64,000 nt of DNA from an uncultured Verrucomicrobia subdivision 3 bacterium (GCA_903878805.1 CAIRJF010000028.1:12529-76528), one strand, 5' to 3'; positions 27,573 through 37,862 are shown, counted from the stretch's first letter. A program made the numbers and translations. The notes: a model not told the origin generated them from the letters alone.

Positions 27573-28460
27573 GTGAAATTCATTCGCGACATCTACGCCG
27601 ACGGACACGCGACCGGCCGCCCCGTCATCTCCCTAGAATTTTTCCCGCCAAAAACTGACGAAGGTGACCGCGCGCTTTTTGAGAAGCACATTCCGGCGCT
27701 GCTGGCCACCCGCCCCGATTTTTGCTCCGTAACCTATGGTGCGGGCGGCAGCACGCGTGACAAGACGCTGATGATTGTGGATCGCATTCAGCGCGAGCAC
27801 GGTCTCACTGCGCTCGCACATCTTACCTGCGTCAATCACACCCGCGAGGAAGTCCGCGGGCTGCTGGAAAAAATCCGTGCGCTTGACTGCAAAAATATTC
27901 TCGCCCTGCGCGGCGATCCGCCCGGCGGCGGCGAATTTCAATCCACGCCCGGCGGCTTTGAATTTTCCGCGCAGCTTGTAAAGTTCATCCGCGAACAGGG
28001 TGATTTTTCCATCGGCGTCGCCGGTTTCCCCGAAGGCCACATCGCCAATCAGAACGGCAAGCACGCCGACTGGCGGCACTTGAAGGAAAAGGTGGACGCG
28101 GGCGCGGATTTTGTCGTCACGCAATTGTTTTTTGACAACGCGGACTATTTTGAATTTCGCGATTACCTGACGCAGAAGCTCGGCGTGAACGTGCCGATTG
28201 TGCCGGGCATCATCGCCATCGTGAGCGCCACACAAATTGTAAAGTTCACGCAAATGTGCGGCGCGAAAATTCCGGCTGCGCTGCGTGCGAAACTGGATGC
28301 GATCGGAACCGATGATGAAGCGGCGTTGAAATTTGGCATCGAATACGCCACGCGCCAGTGCGAGGAACTGCTGCGCGCCGGCGCGCCCGGCCTGCATTTT
28401 TACACGCTCAACAAGGCGCAATCCACGGTGCAGGTCGTGAAAAACCTTGGGCTGGCTTGA
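27573..28460 (+). CDS. metF: 5,10-methylenetetrahydrofolate reductase
   Basis: SLEFFPPK, SVTYGAGG, AHLTC, LALRGD, FPEGH, TQLFFD, HFYTLN. Confidence 0.95.
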   Translation: MKFIRDIYADGHATGRPVISLEFFPPKTDEGDRALFEKHIPALLATRPDFCSVTYGAGGSTRDKTLMIVDRIQREHGLTALAHLTCVNHTREEVRGLLEKIRALDCKNILALRGDPPGGGEFQSTPGGFEFSAQLVKFIREQGDFSIGVAGFPEGHIANQNGKHADWRHLKEKVDAGADFVVTQLFFDNADYFEFRDYLTQKLGVNVPIVPGIIAIVSATQIVKFTQMCGAKIPAALRAKLDAIGTDDEAALKFGIEYATRQCEELLRAGAPGLHFYTLNKAQSTVQVVKNLGLA

Positions 28461-28500
28461 AGAAAATCGGCTTTAGCCTGTTGTGAATAACCTGATTATC

Positions 28501-29454
28501 TCACAAACCAAACTGGTTCGCCATGATGCCGATGACGCTCAAGGGTCCGGTGTCTTCCAGTCCATCCGCCGCCTTGTCGAGCTTTTGCAACGAGAGCTTG
28601 GCGTTCTTCAGGAAATCCTGATCATTCACCAGCTTGCCGACCGAGCCTTGCCCTGAATTCAGTTTGATTAGGATGGATTCCAAATTGGTCATCGAGGCGG
28701 TCGTCGAGCGGTAAAGCGTCTCGTCCGTGAGTAATTTACCAATGGTGCCTTGTCCGGAGCTGATGTTGTTGACCGCCGTATGCACCGAGATGGCCGTGTC
28801 TTGCAGATTGCTCACCGTGGACAGCGCCGTGTTGTAGAGCGCATCCTCATAAATCAATTTTCCAACCGTGCCTTGCCCGGCGGCAATCTGGCTGGTGACA
28901 TTTTTTACGTTCGCAATCGTCGCGGTAATCGGTCCGCTGTTTTGCTTGATGAAATCGGTGAGTGGTCCGAGCAAGTTATCAATCTTGTCGCCCGTGAAAC
29001 TTTTCGTCAGATTTTGAATGCCGGCGGCGGCGGCATCCAGCTTGGCCATGATGGCGCTCAAGTCCGGCTGTTCGCCGGATTCCAGCACCGCGCCGTCCTC
29101 GGCCTTGGGCGAACCCGGCGCGCCGAAGGAGATGTTGACGAAATTTTGCCCCATCAGGCCGGTGAACTTGATGATGGCCTTGCTGTCGGTCTTCACGTTG
29201 GCGTCGAGCTTGAGCTTCATTGTGACGGCGACTTTTTCATCCATGATCTCAATTTTTTCCACGCGGCCGATTTCCACGCCGGCCATTTTAACACGGTCGC
29301 CCACTTTCAAATCCTGCACCGTGTCGAACTGCGCGCTGACGTGTTTGCCGCGGCTGAATATGTCGGCGCTGCCAAGCGTTTCGATGATGAGCCACGCGGC
29401 GAACACGGCGAGGATGACAAACAGGCCGAGCTTGGTTTCGAGTGAATTTTTCAT
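28501..29454 (-). CDS. mlaD: MCE/MlaD-family protein with long helical tail
   Basis: TM anchor, LKVGDRVKMAGVEIGRV, GLMGQNFV, three GQG(T/S)(V/I)GKL repeats. Confidence 0.85.
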   Translation of the reverse strand: MKNSLETKLGLFVILAVFAAWLIIETLGSADIFSRGKHVSAQFDTVQDLKVGDRVKMAGVEIGRVEKIEIMDEKVAVTMKLKLDANVKTDSKAIIKFTGLMGQNFVNISFGAPGSPKAEDGAVLESGEQPDLSAIMAKLDAAAAGIQNLTKSFTGDKIDNLLGPLTDFIKQNSGPITATIANVKNVTSQIAAGQGTVGKLIYEDALYNTALSTVSNLQDTAISVHTAVNNISSGQGTIGKLLTDETLYRSTTASMTNLESILIKLNSGQGSVGKLVNDQDFLKNAKLSLQKLDKAADGLEDTGPLSVIGIMANQFGL

Positions 29455-29466
29455 AGGCGTAATCGT

Positions 29467-30228
29467 TTATTTTTCACGTTTGAAGTCTGCGTGCAAAAAT
29501 TCCTTCACACGCGGGTCGTTGAAATTTTTCACCTCGTCCGGCGTGCCGACGGTGACAATCTGCCCGTCAATGATGACCGCAATGCGGTCGGCCACGCCAA
29601 ATGCCAGATCGCGGTCGTGCGAGACGACGAGCGACGTGACGTGGATGCGGCGGTTCAGGTCGAGAATCTCGTTGCCGATGACAACGGCCGAGAGCGGATC
29701 CAGCTCGCTCGTCGGCTCGTCGTAAAGGATGAGTTGCGGCTCGATTACGAGGGCACGGGCGATGGCCGCGCGTTTTTTCATGCCGCCGGAAAGTTCGCTC
29801 GGCATTTTGTCCACGGCGTCCTTGAGGCCGACGTCCGCAAGTTTTTCTTCGACGATTTTTTTTATTTCGTCGGGGGACTTGAGGTGATGTTCGGTCAGAT
29901 ACAAACCGACATTCTCACCAAGGGTCAGCGAGTTGAGCAGCGCGCCGGACTGGAACACCAGCGCCATGCGGTATTTCGCGGCAATCTCCGGTGTGGTGAG
30001 GGGTTCGCCGTTGATGAGAATTTCGCCGGCGTCAGGTTCTTCCAAACCGATCAGGTGTTTGAGCAGAACGCTCTTGCCGCTGCCGCTCGGCCCCATGATG
30101 ACAAAAATTTCGCCGGGCTTGACCTCGATGTCCAGACCCTTGAGCACTTCCTGCTCGCCAAAACTTTTGCGCAGGCCGCGCACGACGAGGCCGACGCCGG
30201 AATGGTTGTTGTTTTGGTCTTCGCTCAT
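29467..30228 (-). CDS. mlaF: MlaF-type ABC ATPase
   Basis: GPSGSGKS, LSGGMKKR, YDEPTSELDP. Confidence 0.88.
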   Translation of the reverse strand: MSEDQNNNHSGVGLVVRGLRKSFGEQEVLKGLDIEVKPGEIFVIMGPSGSGKSVLLKHLIGLEEPDAGEILINGEPLTTPEIAAKYRMALVFQSGALLNSLTLGENVGLYLTEHHLKSPDEIKKIVEEKLADVGLKDAVDKMPSELSGGMKKRAAIARALVIEPQLILYDEPTSELDPLSAVVIGNEILDLNRRIHVTSLVVSHDRDLAFGVADRIAVIIDGQIVTVGTPDEVKNFNDPRVKEFLHADFKREK

Positions 30229-30962
30229 TTCAGGAGAAAGCGCGTGAGGAGGTAGTCAAAAATCACGATGAGCACGATGGAGTTCACCACGGCTTTCGTG
30301 ACCGAGCGCCCGATGCCGCGCGGGCCGCCGATGGTCACCAAACCCTGATGGCACGAGACCACGCCGATGATGATGGCGAAACAAAAACTTTTGAAAACGC
30401 CGTTGGCCACGTCGCGCAATTCCACGATGTCGCGCAGGTCGGAAAAGAAGACGCGATACGGTATTTCCATGCGGTGATTCAAATCCGCCACCGTCGCGCC
30501 GCCGAACCAGCCGACCAGCACGGAAAAAACCACGAGTAACGGCAGCGCCACGGCGATGGCGAGAATGCGCGGCAGCACAAGGTAATGAATCGGGTTGATG
30601 TTCATCGTGCGCAACGCGTCAATTTCCTGATACACGCGCATCGAACCCAGCTCCGCCGCCATCGCGGAACCGATGCGGCCTGCAATCAAAATCGCCATCA
30701 TGACCGGCGCGAGTTCCTTGGCGATGGCAATGCCCACGACGCCGCCGACCGCGCTGGGCAAACTGCTTTCCACCAGCACCGGTCCGGTCTGCAGCGCGAT
30801 GACTGCGCCGATGAAAAATGACAGCACGCACACCATGAGCAGACTGGCGTTGCCGATTTCAAAAAACTGGTCGAACACCTTGTCGCGCTGCCGCCACGCC
30901 TGTGGCAGGGCCAGCAGCGTGCGCCAGAAAAGCAGGACAATTTCTCCAATGTTCTCGAACAT
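30225..30962 (-). CDS. mlaE: MlaE-family ABC permease
   Basis: KELAPV..ILIAGRIGSAMAAELGSM...EIDAL, LVLPR, GGPRGIGRSVTKAVV. Confidence 0.92.
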   Translation of the reverse strand: MFENIGEIVLLFWRTLLALPQAWRQRDKVFDQFFEIGNASLLMVCVLSFFIGAVIALQTGPVLVESSLPSAVGGVVGIAIAKELAPVMMAILIAGRIGSAMAAELGSMRVYQEIDALRTMNINPIHYLVLPRILAIAVALPLLVVFSVLVGWFGGATVADLNHRMEIPYRVFFSDLRDIVELRDVANGVFKSFCFAIIIGVVSCHQGLVTIGGPRGIGRSVTKAVVNSIVLIVIFDYLLTRFLLK

Positions 30963-30976
30963 GATTTAAACGCGTT

Positions 30977-32521
30977 TTATTTGGTGGCGGCGGTCTTGGA
31001 AATGGTGAGGTAAAACAGCTTCGTTCGCTGATTTTCTCCGTCACATTGATACTGGAAAAGTCCGAACAGGAGCGAGACTTTTTTATGCGCCGGCGCGCTT
31101 TCGTGGCGATACAAATTCCACAGCAGCGATTCACTGGCCGCGCCGGCCTTGGGATTTTTTTCCGCGCGCCAGAGCGACCAGAGCGGCGACCAGTTGCGTT
31201 CAATGCCCGCATTTTCCGGGACGGCAGGTTCAATGGGTGCGAATATTTGCAGGCGCTCGTTGCCGTTCATCTCACGATGCCAGGTAAAGAAAGGCCACAT
31301 ATCCACGCGCCGTTTCTGCGCACCAGTCCGGGTGTTTTTTTCAACCGTGTTTTCGTAGAGGTAAAAAACCACGCGCGTCCGCCGCAAATCCAGCGGATCG
31401 GAATGAGTGCGGCGGTAGGTGTAAAGCGGCCAGAGATAAAAATCACTTTCCTTGATGGCGTTGTGCGACTGGCCGAAAATTGGAAAGACGCGCGAGGTGG
31501 TCTTGCCTTCGCCTCGCGCGAATATGATGATCGGCCACGGCATCTGCCATTCGCGGTAATGTTTTTCGTGGCTGTCAATCCAAGTAAAAAACGGCCAGAT
31601 GACGGTGGTTAAATCAATTTCCGGAGAACGGCTGTAAACAAAGAACGGAATGCTGGCGCGGAATTTTTCCGGCACGTCGGTAGTTTTCGGTCCGGCCAGA
31701 CTTTTGGTGCGGGTGATGGAAATTTGTTCCGCCGTGTTCGTGCCAATGCGGTTGTTTTGCACGATGCAGAATGGCCAAAGATAAAAGTAGCGGTTGTATC
31801 CGGCAATGGTTGCAACGTCGCCAAAGCCATTCGTCTGGAGCGTGGGAATTTTATTTTCATGCCCGGCCAGCGGCCAGATTTTCCAGCCATGCATACCGTC
31901 GCCGTTGCGAATCGCGCCGATGGGATAAAAATAATTGTCCGTGACGACATCCTTCTTCCACGTTTTGCTGTAAATGGGAAACATCACGAAATGGATCTGG
32001 TCGTGCGCGAGGCGGTGTTTCAGCGTGCCGTAAAAGGGCGCGACGGCGGTGTAGTTCAAGTTCGTATCTGCCGTTGAGCGTTGGTAAAAATAAATCGGAT
32101 ACAACGTGTGACGCGTGACGGTGGCATCGGTCGGCTCTTGTCCGCCGGCAAAACTGAGGAGTTGGAAAAATTGCCAGCGCCACTCTTGGCCATACTGCAT
32201 CCGCGTGAGAATCGGATACAAAAAATCGTAGTTCGTGTATTCCACGGACGGATTTTTTACGGACGAAAAAAACGGCGGCAGAGCGAAGGTGTGTTCGTCC
32301 TCGGTCTGCTGCGTGTAATAAAACGGCCCGGCGGCCTCGGTGCGATAGCCGGCTTCGAGCGTAAGATTGAAGCGATCGAAAATAAATCCGAAGTTGTTGG
32401 CTTCGCTGGCTACGGCTGGGTGCGTCAACCCAATGAGCATGAAAACGATAAACAGCAAAATCCTGCGGCTTAAAGCCAAAGGCTTGGTTTTTTCCGTTAT
32501 CGTTATTCCAATTGCTAACAT
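30977..32521 (-). CDS. Secreted hypothetical protein with about 20 aromatic-Pro beta repeats
   Basis: Signal peptide followed by recurring (L/I/F)(W/Y/F)P(F/I/L) motifs about every 18-20 aa. Confidence 0.8.
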   Translation of the reverse strand: MLAIGITITEKTKPLALSRRILLFIVFMLIGLTHPAVASEANNFGFIFDRFNLTLEAGYRTEAAGPFYYTQQTEDEHTFALPPFFSSVKNPSVEYTNYDFLYPILTRMQYGQEWRWQFFQLLSFAGGQEPTDATVTRHTLYPIYFYQRSTADTNLNYTAVAPFYGTLKHRLAHDQIHFVMFPIYSKTWKKDVVTDNYFYPIGAIRNGDGMHGWKIWPLAGHENKIPTLQTNGFGDVATIAGYNRYFYLWPFCIVQNNRIGTNTAEQISITRTKSLAGPKTTDVPEKFRASIPFFVYSRSPEIDLTTVIWPFFTWIDSHEKHYREWQMPWPIIIFARGEGKTTSRVFPIFGQSHNAIKESDFYLWPLYTYRRTHSDPLDLRRTRVVFYLYENTVEKNTRTGAQKRRVDMWPFFTWHREMNGNERLQIFAPIEPAVPENAGIERNWSPLWSLWRAEKNPKAGAASESLLWNLYRHESAPAHKKVSLLFGLFQYQCDGENQRTKLFYLTISKTAATK

Positions 32522-32593
32522 CGTTTTATGTGCCTTGAAAAGGCAGCTTTTAACATTGAGATTGACTTTAGTGGTATGTCGCTTAAATTTATT

Positions 32594-35383
32594 TCACTTG
32601 AGGTTTTGCCTCGGTTCCTCCTGACCCGGTGTTGGCGATGCGTCGTCAGCATCGGGTTTTTTATTTTCCACCAGCGGCTGCCAGCGGCCAATCAAATTCA
32701 AAAGTGCGGGCAAAAATGTCAGCGCCGCGACCATGCACATCGCGATGCCGACGGACATGATGTAGCCGAGGCTGTGTATACCGCGATGTTGCGCGAGGAT
32801 GAGACTGCCGAATCCCGCGATGGCCGTCAATCCCGACACGAGCACCGCCTTGCCCGTGCTGCGCGCCAGAATGCCCGGCGTGCGCTCCTCAGCGTAGCGG
32901 TTCAAAATGTGAATGCCATTCGTTACGCCGATGCCGATGACGAGCGGCAGCGTCATGATGTTTGCCGGGTTGAACGGCACGGCATTCCAGCCCATCAGCC
33001 CGACCAGCCACAAAGTTCCCAGCCCAACGGGAATTAAAGAAAGCACCACCGCCGCGAAACTGCGGAAATGGAAAAATACCATCACTGCGATTGCGCCGAG
33101 CGAATACCACGCGGCCGTGATGTAGCTGTCTTTGAGCAAGGTCGTGTATTCCAACAGCTGCACTGGCGTGCCGGTGATGACGGGCGTGTTGCGGTCTTCC
33201 GGGTCCAGAGCCTGGCGCAGCGCCAGGACAAATTCTTTTTGATTATCATGCTGCCAGACGTCTTTTTTGGGATAGACCTGCAATAAAAATTTTCCGGTCA
33301 CGCCCACGAAACGGTCGCGCAACGCCGGTGGCAAATCGGCGGTGTGCAGCGGCGCGCGGTCGTCCTGATTTTGCAAATTCTGGAACGTCCGGCGCAAATC
33401 ATCAAACAGCGCCTGCTGATAGGCGGCCAATTTTTCACCATGTTCGCCGAGTGCCAGATTGTCGCCCGCGAGCATCGTGCGGCGCAGTTCCAGCACCGAT
33501 TTTTGCAGCGACGAGAGCTGTCGGGCGAGCAACGCATCGGTCTGGCTGACCTCTTGCAATGCGGAGCCGAGATAACCGGAGAATGAATACAGCGTCCGGC
33601 TCAATTGATAGACATCCACCGGCCGCATGTCGGGCGCGCTGAAATCCAGCGGCGCGACCGTCGCCTTGATGTCGGAAATCAACTGCAATTTTGCCCCCTG
33701 CTCCTGATGCAAAAACCCGGCGATGGATTCCACGTCTGCCACCACGTTGGTCAGCGTGCGGATTTTTTTCTCCAGCATCACGGCTTCGTCGAGGTTATCC
33801 GCGACCACCGCGCCGAACAGCACAGATTTGTCTGCCGAATCAATCAGCTTCTGTTCATATACCACCGCCGGCAAGCCCGCGCTCTGCATGTTCAACAAAT
33901 TGTAGTCAAAAAAAACTTTTCGCGCTTCGACCGCCGCCGCTAGGCTCACCGTTACAATGACCAGCGTGACCAGCACCGGACGTTCCAGCCAAAAACTCTC
34001 GATGCGCGCCCGCCGTGCGTCCTCGTGGATTTCGTGGTCGAGGACATTTTGTTTTCCGCGCAGTAACATGACCGGCAGAATCGTCAGCATCGGCACGAGA
34101 CAAATCATCAAGCCGCCGCCGCAGATGACGCCCATTTCCTTGATGCCCTTGAAATCCGTGAACGCCATCGCCGCGAACGCGCCCGCCGTTGTCAGCGCGC
34201 CCATGAAAATTCCCTGGCCGGTGAAGACCATCGCCTTGGTCAGCGCCTCCGCCTCCGTTTTGCCGTGGCGCAATTCCTCCTCGTAACGCGTGATGAGATG
34301 CACGCCGAAGTCAATCGCCAGCCCAATCAACATCGGCAAAAACGTAATCGTCAAAATGTTCAGATGCCCGACCGTCACCGTCGCAAAGGCAAACGTATAG
34401 GCCAGCCCGAACAGCAGGCAAATAATCGCTTTGATTGGCCGGCCCGTTTCGTTGTAGCCGTAAATAAAAATAATCGCGCACAACACCAGCGACACGATGC
34501 CCGCCACCGTCGTGTCATTTTGCGACTGCGCCATTTCGTCGTGTTCCAAAACCGGTTCACCCGTCAGCCCCGCGTTCACGCCGGAAACCTCCTGCCGCGT
34601 CTGTTGCACCAGTTCGCGGATGCGTTCCACCGCCGCGCCGTTCAAGTCGTCGCGCGGCGCGTGTGCGGTGACGAGAAAAATGTTTCCGTGGTTGAACGTG
34701 ATGTAAGTTCCCGTCGTCGCCTCGTCGCCCGCGCTGAACAACGCGGTGACGCCCGGCGAAGGTGGCGCGCCGGATCGTTCAATGCTGTCCTGCGCCTGCT
34801 GCAAGATGCGTTGCAGTGCTGGCAGCGATTTGACCAGCGCGTCGTTCTGCGCATTCTGCTCGCGCTTGGCCGTGCGGAACTGCGTGTTGACCAAATCAAA
34901 AAACGAAACCAGGTTCGTCGTCTGCGAAAATTTCTGGATGAACGGCAAATCATCCTTCAGCGTGTCGCGCAAACCCGCGAGATCCGTTTCCGGCACGAAC
35001 AGCAGCGCCTTGTTGCCCATCATCGTCAGGTCGCCCTTGTAAAAAACGTCCTTGAACAAATTCGTTTCCGCCTCCAGCCGCGCGCCGAGCCGCTCGACGA
35101 ACTGCCGGTTCTTCTCGATGTTCTCGCTTTCCACCACCACCACGAGATCTTCCTGCTGCGGAAATTCTTTTTGAAATTCCAAGAAGTTGTGGTGGTAACG
35201 CTGGTTGCCGCCCACGAGATTATTTCGATCCGTGTCGAACTGGAGAAATTTCACCGTGACCGCGATGCACAGGAAAAATAAAACCACCTGCGGCCAGAAA
35301 AACCAGTGTGGACGGCGGACGATGGCAGCGGCGAGCTTGCCCAGCCACCGTCCAAGAAAACTGTCTGGACTCAACGCTTTCAT
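32594..35383 (-). CDS. MMPL/RND transporter, HpnN (hopanoid transporter)-like
   Basis: Two MMPL repeats (LTGEP / ITGTP, GLAIDFGVHLITRY / GIGVTNGIH..NRY), 929 aa. Confidence 0.82.
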   Translation of the reverse strand: MKALSPDSFLGRWLGKLAAAIVRRPHWFFWPQVVLFFLCIAVTVKFLQFDTDRNNLVGGNQRYHHNFLEFQKEFPQQEDLVVVVESENIEKNRQFVERLGARLEAETNLFKDVFYKGDLTMMGNKALLFVPETDLAGLRDTLKDDLPFIQKFSQTTNLVSFFDLVNTQFRTAKREQNAQNDALVKSLPALQRILQQAQDSIERSGAPPSPGVTALFSAGDEATTGTYITFNHGNIFLVTAHAPRDDLNGAAVERIRELVQQTRQEVSGVNAGLTGEPVLEHDEMAQSQNDTTVAGIVSLVLCAIIFIYGYNETGRPIKAIICLLFGLAYTFAFATVTVGHLNILTITFLPMLIGLAIDFGVHLITRYEEELRHGKTEAEALTKAMVFTGQGIFMGALTTAGAFAAMAFTDFKGIKEMGVICGGGLMICLVPMLTILPVMLLRGKQNVLDHEIHEDARRARIESFWLERPVLVTLVIVTVSLAAAVEARKVFFDYNLLNMQSAGLPAVVYEQKLIDSADKSVLFGAVVADNLDEAVMLEKKIRTLTNVVADVESIAGFLHQEQGAKLQLISDIKATVAPLDFSAPDMRPVDVYQLSRTLYSFSGYLGSALQEVSQTDALLARQLSSLQKSVLELRRTMLAGDNLALGEHGEKLAAYQQALFDDLRRTFQNLQNQDDRAPLHTADLPPALRDRFVGVTGKFLLQVYPKKDVWQHDNQKEFVLALRQALDPEDRNTPVITGTPVQLLEYTTLLKDSYITAAWYSLGAIAVMVFFHFRSFAAVVLSLIPVGLGTLWLVGLMGWNAVPFNPANIMTLPLVIGIGVTNGIHILNRYAEERTPGILARSTGKAVLVSGLTAIAGFGSLILAQHRGIHSLGYIMSVGIAMCMVAALTFLPALLNLIGRWQPLVENKKPDADDASPTPGQEEPRQNLK

Positions 35384-35389
35384 CCTGCG

Positions 35390-35725
35390 TCACGCCTTTT
35401 CGACAAAAACCGCCGTGCCGTAGCACAACACTTCCGTGATGCCCGGCGCGATTTCCGTGGCGTCGTAGCGCACACCGATGACCGCGTTCGCGCCCAACTC
35501 ACCCGCGTGCGTCAGCATGAGGTTGAACGTGTCCTCGCGCGCGCGTTCGCAAAGGTTCGTGTAGAGCGTGATGTTGCCGCCGAAGAGCGCCTGCAAACTC
35601 GCGCCGACGTTGCCGATGATGGAGCGCGACCGCACCATGATGCCGCGCACCACGCCGAACGATTTCGTGATGCGGAAGCCCGGCAGTTCAAACGCCGTCG
35701 TCGTCAGGGGATGGGTCAGACTCAT
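35390..35725 (-). CDS. YbjQ (UPF0145) family protein
   Basis: [31 protein letters not shown]. Confidence 0.88.
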   Translation of the reverse strand: MSLTHPLTTTAFELPGFRITKSFGVVRGIMVRSRSIIGNVGASLQALFGGNITLYTNLCERAREDTFNLMLTHAGELGANAVIGVRYDATEIAPGITEVLCYGTAVFVEKA

Positions 35726-35827
35726 ACGGCGGAGATTGAACACGACGCGACGCATCCGCAAAAGTCAAAACTTGCGCCGGATTTCCAGATTTGCCTTAAC
35801 GATTCGCGGACGTTAACATTTTTCGCA

Positions 35828-37855
35828 ATGCACGAGAACACGAACGCCGAGACCACGCCGCCAAACCCGGAACGCAAAACTTTGGATGACCGCGCCAAGA
35901 TGACCGAACTGGAGCGCATCCGGCATTCTGCCGCGCACGTGCTGGCCACGGCTATTTTGAGAATTTGGCCGGACGCGCAGTTCGCCTACGGGCCGCCGGT
36001 CGAAAATGGATTTTATTACGACGTGGAATTGCCGCACCGCATCTCGCCGGAAGATTTCGAGAAGATTGAAGCCGAGATGAAAAAGGAAATTAAGGCGAAC
36101 AATCCTTTTGAAAAACTCACGGTGACGCGCGAACAGGCCATTGCGGATGCCAATTCCGGTCGGCTCGGTGGATTAACGGAACGTCCGAATGGCGCGTCGA
36201 AATTCAAATTGGATTTGCTCAAGCAGATTCCCGAAGGCGAGGCGATTTCCTATTTCAAGAACGGCGATTTCATTGACCTGTGCGCCGGGCCGCATGTGAT
36301 GCGCACGGGCAACATCGGCGCGTTCAAGCTCACCAGCGTGGCCGCCGCGTATTACAAGGGCGATGAAAAAGGTCCGCAGCTCCAGCGCATCTACGGCACG
36401 GCGTTCAAGAACAAGACCGCGATGGACGAATATTTCAAGATGCTCGAGGAGGCCAAGCGCCGCGACCATCGCAAGATCGGCGCGGAGATGGGGCTGTTCG
36501 CGATTGACACGGAATTTGTCGGGCCGGGCATGCCCCTGTGGCTGCCCAAGGGCACGGTGCTCGTCGAGGAACTGGAGAAGCTGGCCAAGGAAACCGAATT
36601 CGCCGCCGGCTACGTCCGCGTCCGCACGCCGCATTTGGCGCGGGAGAAAATGTATAAAACTTCCGGCCATCTGCCTTACTACGCGGAGAGCATGTTTCCG
36701 CCAATGACGATGGTTGAAGAGGATAACAAGAAACGTCTTCATGAACTTGAACAGCAGGAGGCTGACATTGCTTCAAAGCTACGTAATCAATTGAAGAACC
36801 TAACTCCTGATTTGGCAGAAAAAGATAAAGAAGTGTTAATGCTTCGGACAGTGATGGGCAAACTGCAGTTTGATCAAGGCTTACTTAGCGAGCGTTATTA
36901 CCTCAAAGCCATGAACTGCCCGCATCATCACCGCATTTTTGCGGCTGAACCGCACAGTTATCGCGACCTGCCGTTGCGCCTTGCGGAATACGGCACTTGC
37001 TATCGCTACGAACAGAGCGGCGAGTTGTTCGGCCTCATGCGCGTGCGTTCGCTCAACATGAACGACGCCCACATCTATTGCACCGAGGAGCAGTTCGCCG
37101 ACGAGTTCCGCGCCGTGAACGACATGTATCTGAAGTATTTCAAAATCTTCGGCCTCGAAAAATATCAGATGCGCTTCAGCACGCACGCGGCGGAAGGGCT
37201 GGGCAAGAAATACGTCAACGAGCCGGAGCTGTGGAAGAAGACCGAGGACATGGTGCGCAAGGTGTTGATCGAATCCGGCATCAACTACGTGGAGGTCGCC
37301 AACGAGGCGGCGTTCTACGGGCCGAAGATTGACGTGCAGGTGTGGAGCGCCATCGGCCGCGAATTCACCATCGCTACGAATCAGGTGGACTTCGCCGTGC
37401 CCGCCAAGTTCGGCCTCACCTATCGCGACAAGGACAACTCGAACAAGACGCCGTTGTGCATCCATCGCGCGCCGCTCGGCACGCATGAGCGGTTCATCGG
37501 CTTCCTCATCGAGCATTACGCGGGCAACTTCCCGCTCTGGCTCGCGCCGGATCAGGTGCGCGTCATCACGCTCAACGACGACGAGGCGCTGATCAACTAC
37601 GCCAAAGGAATTGTCAGCGAGCTGCGCACTCAAGGCGTCCGTGCGGAAGGTGAATACGGCACGGATCCGATGAAGGCGAAGATCGCCAACGCGGAACAGT
37701 TGCGCGTCCACACGATGCTGGTCATCGGCGCGCGCGACATGGAAGCTGGCGCGGTGAGCGTGCGTCTGCACGGCAAAGGCAACGTCGGCGCGAAACCCAA
37801 GGCCGAGGCGATCGCGGATATTGTGGCGAGCATCAAAGAGCGGCGGGCAAATTAA
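35828..37855 (+). CDS. thrS: Threonine--tRNA ligase (no TGS domain, internal insertion)
   Basis: RHSAAH, DLCAGPH, RDHRKIG, KAMNCPHH, AFYGPKID, IHRAPLG, FPLWLAP. Start at ATG 35828; the track ORF is over-extended. Confidence 0.95.
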   Translation: MHENTNAETTPPNPERKTLDDRAKMTELERIRHSAAHVLATAILRIWPDAQFAYGPPVENGFYYDVELPHRISPEDFEKIEAEMKKEIKANNPFEKLTVTREQAIADANSGRLGGLTERPNGASKFKLDLLKQIPEGEAISYFKNGDFIDLCAGPHVMRTGNIGAFKLTSVAAAYYKGDEKGPQLQRIYGTAFKNKTAMDEYFKMLEEAKRRDHRKIGAEMGLFAIDTEFVGPGMPLWLPKGTVLVEELEKLAKETEFAAGYVRVRTPHLAREKMYKTSGHLPYYAESMFPPMTMVEEDNKKRLHELEQQEADIASKLRNQLKNLTPDLAEKDKEVLMLRTVMGKLQFDQGLLSERYYLKAMNCPHHHRIFAAEPHSYRDLPLRLAEYGTCYRYEQSGELFGLMRVRSLNMNDAHIYCTEEQFADEFRAVNDMYLKYFKIFGLEKYQMRFSTHAAEGLGKKYVNEPELWKKTEDMVRKVLIESGINYVEVANEAAFYGPKIDVQVWSAIGREFTIATNQVDFAVPAKFGLTYRDKDNSNKTPLCIHRAPLGTHERFIGFLIEHYAGNFPLWLAPDQVRVITLNDDEALINYAKGIVSELRTQGVRAEGEYGTDPMKAKIANAEQLRVHTMLVIGARDMEAGAVSVRLHGKGNVGAKPKAEAIADIVASIKERRAN

Positions 37856-37862
37856 ATTTATT

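Noticed and set aside
35306-35827. 174-aa N-terminal extension of ThrRS in the ORF track
   Set aside because: It is the antisense shadow of the ybjQ-like and MMPL genes; a promoter sits directly before ATG 35828.
36707-36895. Intein or intron in thrS
   Set aside because: Too short, lacks the Cys/Ser start and His-Asn end, and the frame is open throughout.
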